Part shown: piece by piece, positions 63,176-64,000 of the stretch
Position numbering within the stretch: position 1 is the first letter of the stretch
Layout of the letters: each line of letters opens with the position of its first letter
Assembly: GCA_965222415.1 (NCBI GenBank)
Contig: CBDCTU010000004.1
Span: 128,850 to 192,849, forward strand
Source: Dehalococcoidia bacterium
Lineage (GTDB): Bacteria > Chloroflexota > Dehalococcoidia > Lucifugimonadales > UBA2985
Reading direction: 5' to 3'
Length of the DNA stretch: 64,000 bases
The notes under the pieces: generated by a model
The model's database searches: none
What the model saw: only the letters and a program-made list of their open reading frames with translations
Told to the model about the DNA's origin: nothing
Position numbers and translations under genes: made by a program

Positions 63176-64000
63176 CTACGCCTCTATCCCCAGCTCTTCC
63201 CTGATGCTCTTCAGTACGTCCACGTTGTCTTTGTCCGGGCCCTTGCCTTCCGCTCCCGGCACCTCCAGGAGGAACGGGACATCCCTGAAGGCGGGGTGTC
63301 CCATGATGACGCGGAATCCCTCGACGCCCATGTGCCCCTCGCCGATGTTCTCGTGGCGGTCCACGCTGCCGGCAAAGGGTATCTTGCTGTCGTTGGCGTG
63401 CACCGCCACCAGGTTGTCCAACCCTATCTCCCGGTCGAACTCCTCCATCGTCCGTTCGAGCCCGTCCTGGGTCACGATGTTGTACCCCGCAGCGAAGAGG
63501 TGCTGGGTGTCCAGGCACACCTTCACCTGCGGGCTGGCTACGGCCTTCATCAGCCGGCCTATCTCCTCGAACTTGGAGCAGATGTGGTCTCCCATGCCGG
63601 CGCTGTTCTCGATGGCGAGAGAGACGTTCTCCGGGGATGCCTCCAGCACCTGCGCCATCGCTCTTACGGCCTGGTCGAAGACGCCGTCGTAGCCTGCCCC
63701 GCGGTGGCTGCCGGTGTGGAAAATGACTCCCGAAGCGCCGATCTCCCCTGCTGCCTGCATGTAGTTGGTGAGCGCACCAATGGATTTTTGCAGGTTCTCC
63801 TCCGTGGGACTGCCCAGACTGACCAGGTATATGCAGTGGAGGAATGTTGGGGTTATGTCAGCCTGGATCGCCTTCTCCTTGAACTTCTCTATAAGTGGAG
63901 AGGCAATCGGCTTGAAGGCCCATCCCTGGGGCGACGAAATGAACATCTGGATGGCCTCAGCGCCCATCGCCTGGCCCCTGTCAATTGCTTTGTCCAGCCC
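63176..64000 (-). CDS. nfo: endonuclease IV (5' part runs off the window end)
   Basis: HANDSK...DRHENIGEGHMG in a TIM-barrel AP endonuclease pattern. The frame stays open to position 64000 (GLDKAIDRGQAMGAEAIQMF...). Confidence 0.9.
   Translation of the reverse strand, partial: GLDKAIDRGQAMGAEAIQMFISSPQGWAFKPIASPLIEKFKEKAIQADITPTFLHCIYLVSLGSPTEENLQKSIGALTNYMQAAGEIGASGVIFHTGSHRGAGYDGVFDQAVRAMAQVLEASPENVSLAIENSAGMGDHICSKFEEIGRLMKAVASPQVKVCLDTQHLFAAGYNIVTQDGLERTMEEFDREIGLDNLVAVHANDSKIPFAGSVDRHENIGEGHMGVEGFRVIMGHPAFRDVPFLLEVPGAEGKGPDKDNVDVLKSIREELGIEA

Overview
High-GC bacterial chromosomal window with about 60 supportable genes, mostly on the minus strand. The content is mainly housekeeping. It includes pdxA (partial), nrdJ-nrdR, a CCA-adding enzyme, def, priA, rplS, mutS/mutL, ftsY, rnc, nfo (partial) and a his cluster (hisZ-hisG-X-hisD-hisC-hisB). 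It also includes an Alternative Complex III-like operon (actA-B1-B2-C-F-D-E) and an orphan NuoE/F/G-like module. A Chlor_Arch_YYY (DUF2298) protein sits next to a TIGR03663-like glycosyltransferase, which together with the ACIII operon and the repeat families suggests a Chloroflexota-like origin (inference only). Most larger intergenic regions carry several families of REP/MITE-like palindromic repeats. Three visibly AT-richer islands interrupt the housekeeping backbone. (1) 893-2710 holds an XRE + ImmA/IrrE cassette next to an unclassified structured RNA-like element. (2) 26705-27365 holds a small membrane-protein cassette between mutS and mutL. (3) 61459-63175 holds a near-consensus promoter, then about 8.5 tandem 45-bp repeats running directly into a low-GC ORF with a C-terminal HEPN-like Rx4H motif. 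The third island is laid out like a type III (repeat-RNA antitoxin) toxin-antitoxin locus but with an unrelated toxin, and it is my top candidate for an undescribed system. Other notable items are a three-element MITE pile-up at a CTAG site that includes the hisB stop codon, a metallo-phosphoesterase-like gene translationally coupled inside the his operon, and a long-form hisG next to hisZ with no canonical start codon. All calls rest on reading the sequence and ORF translations. No database search or computed statistics were available.
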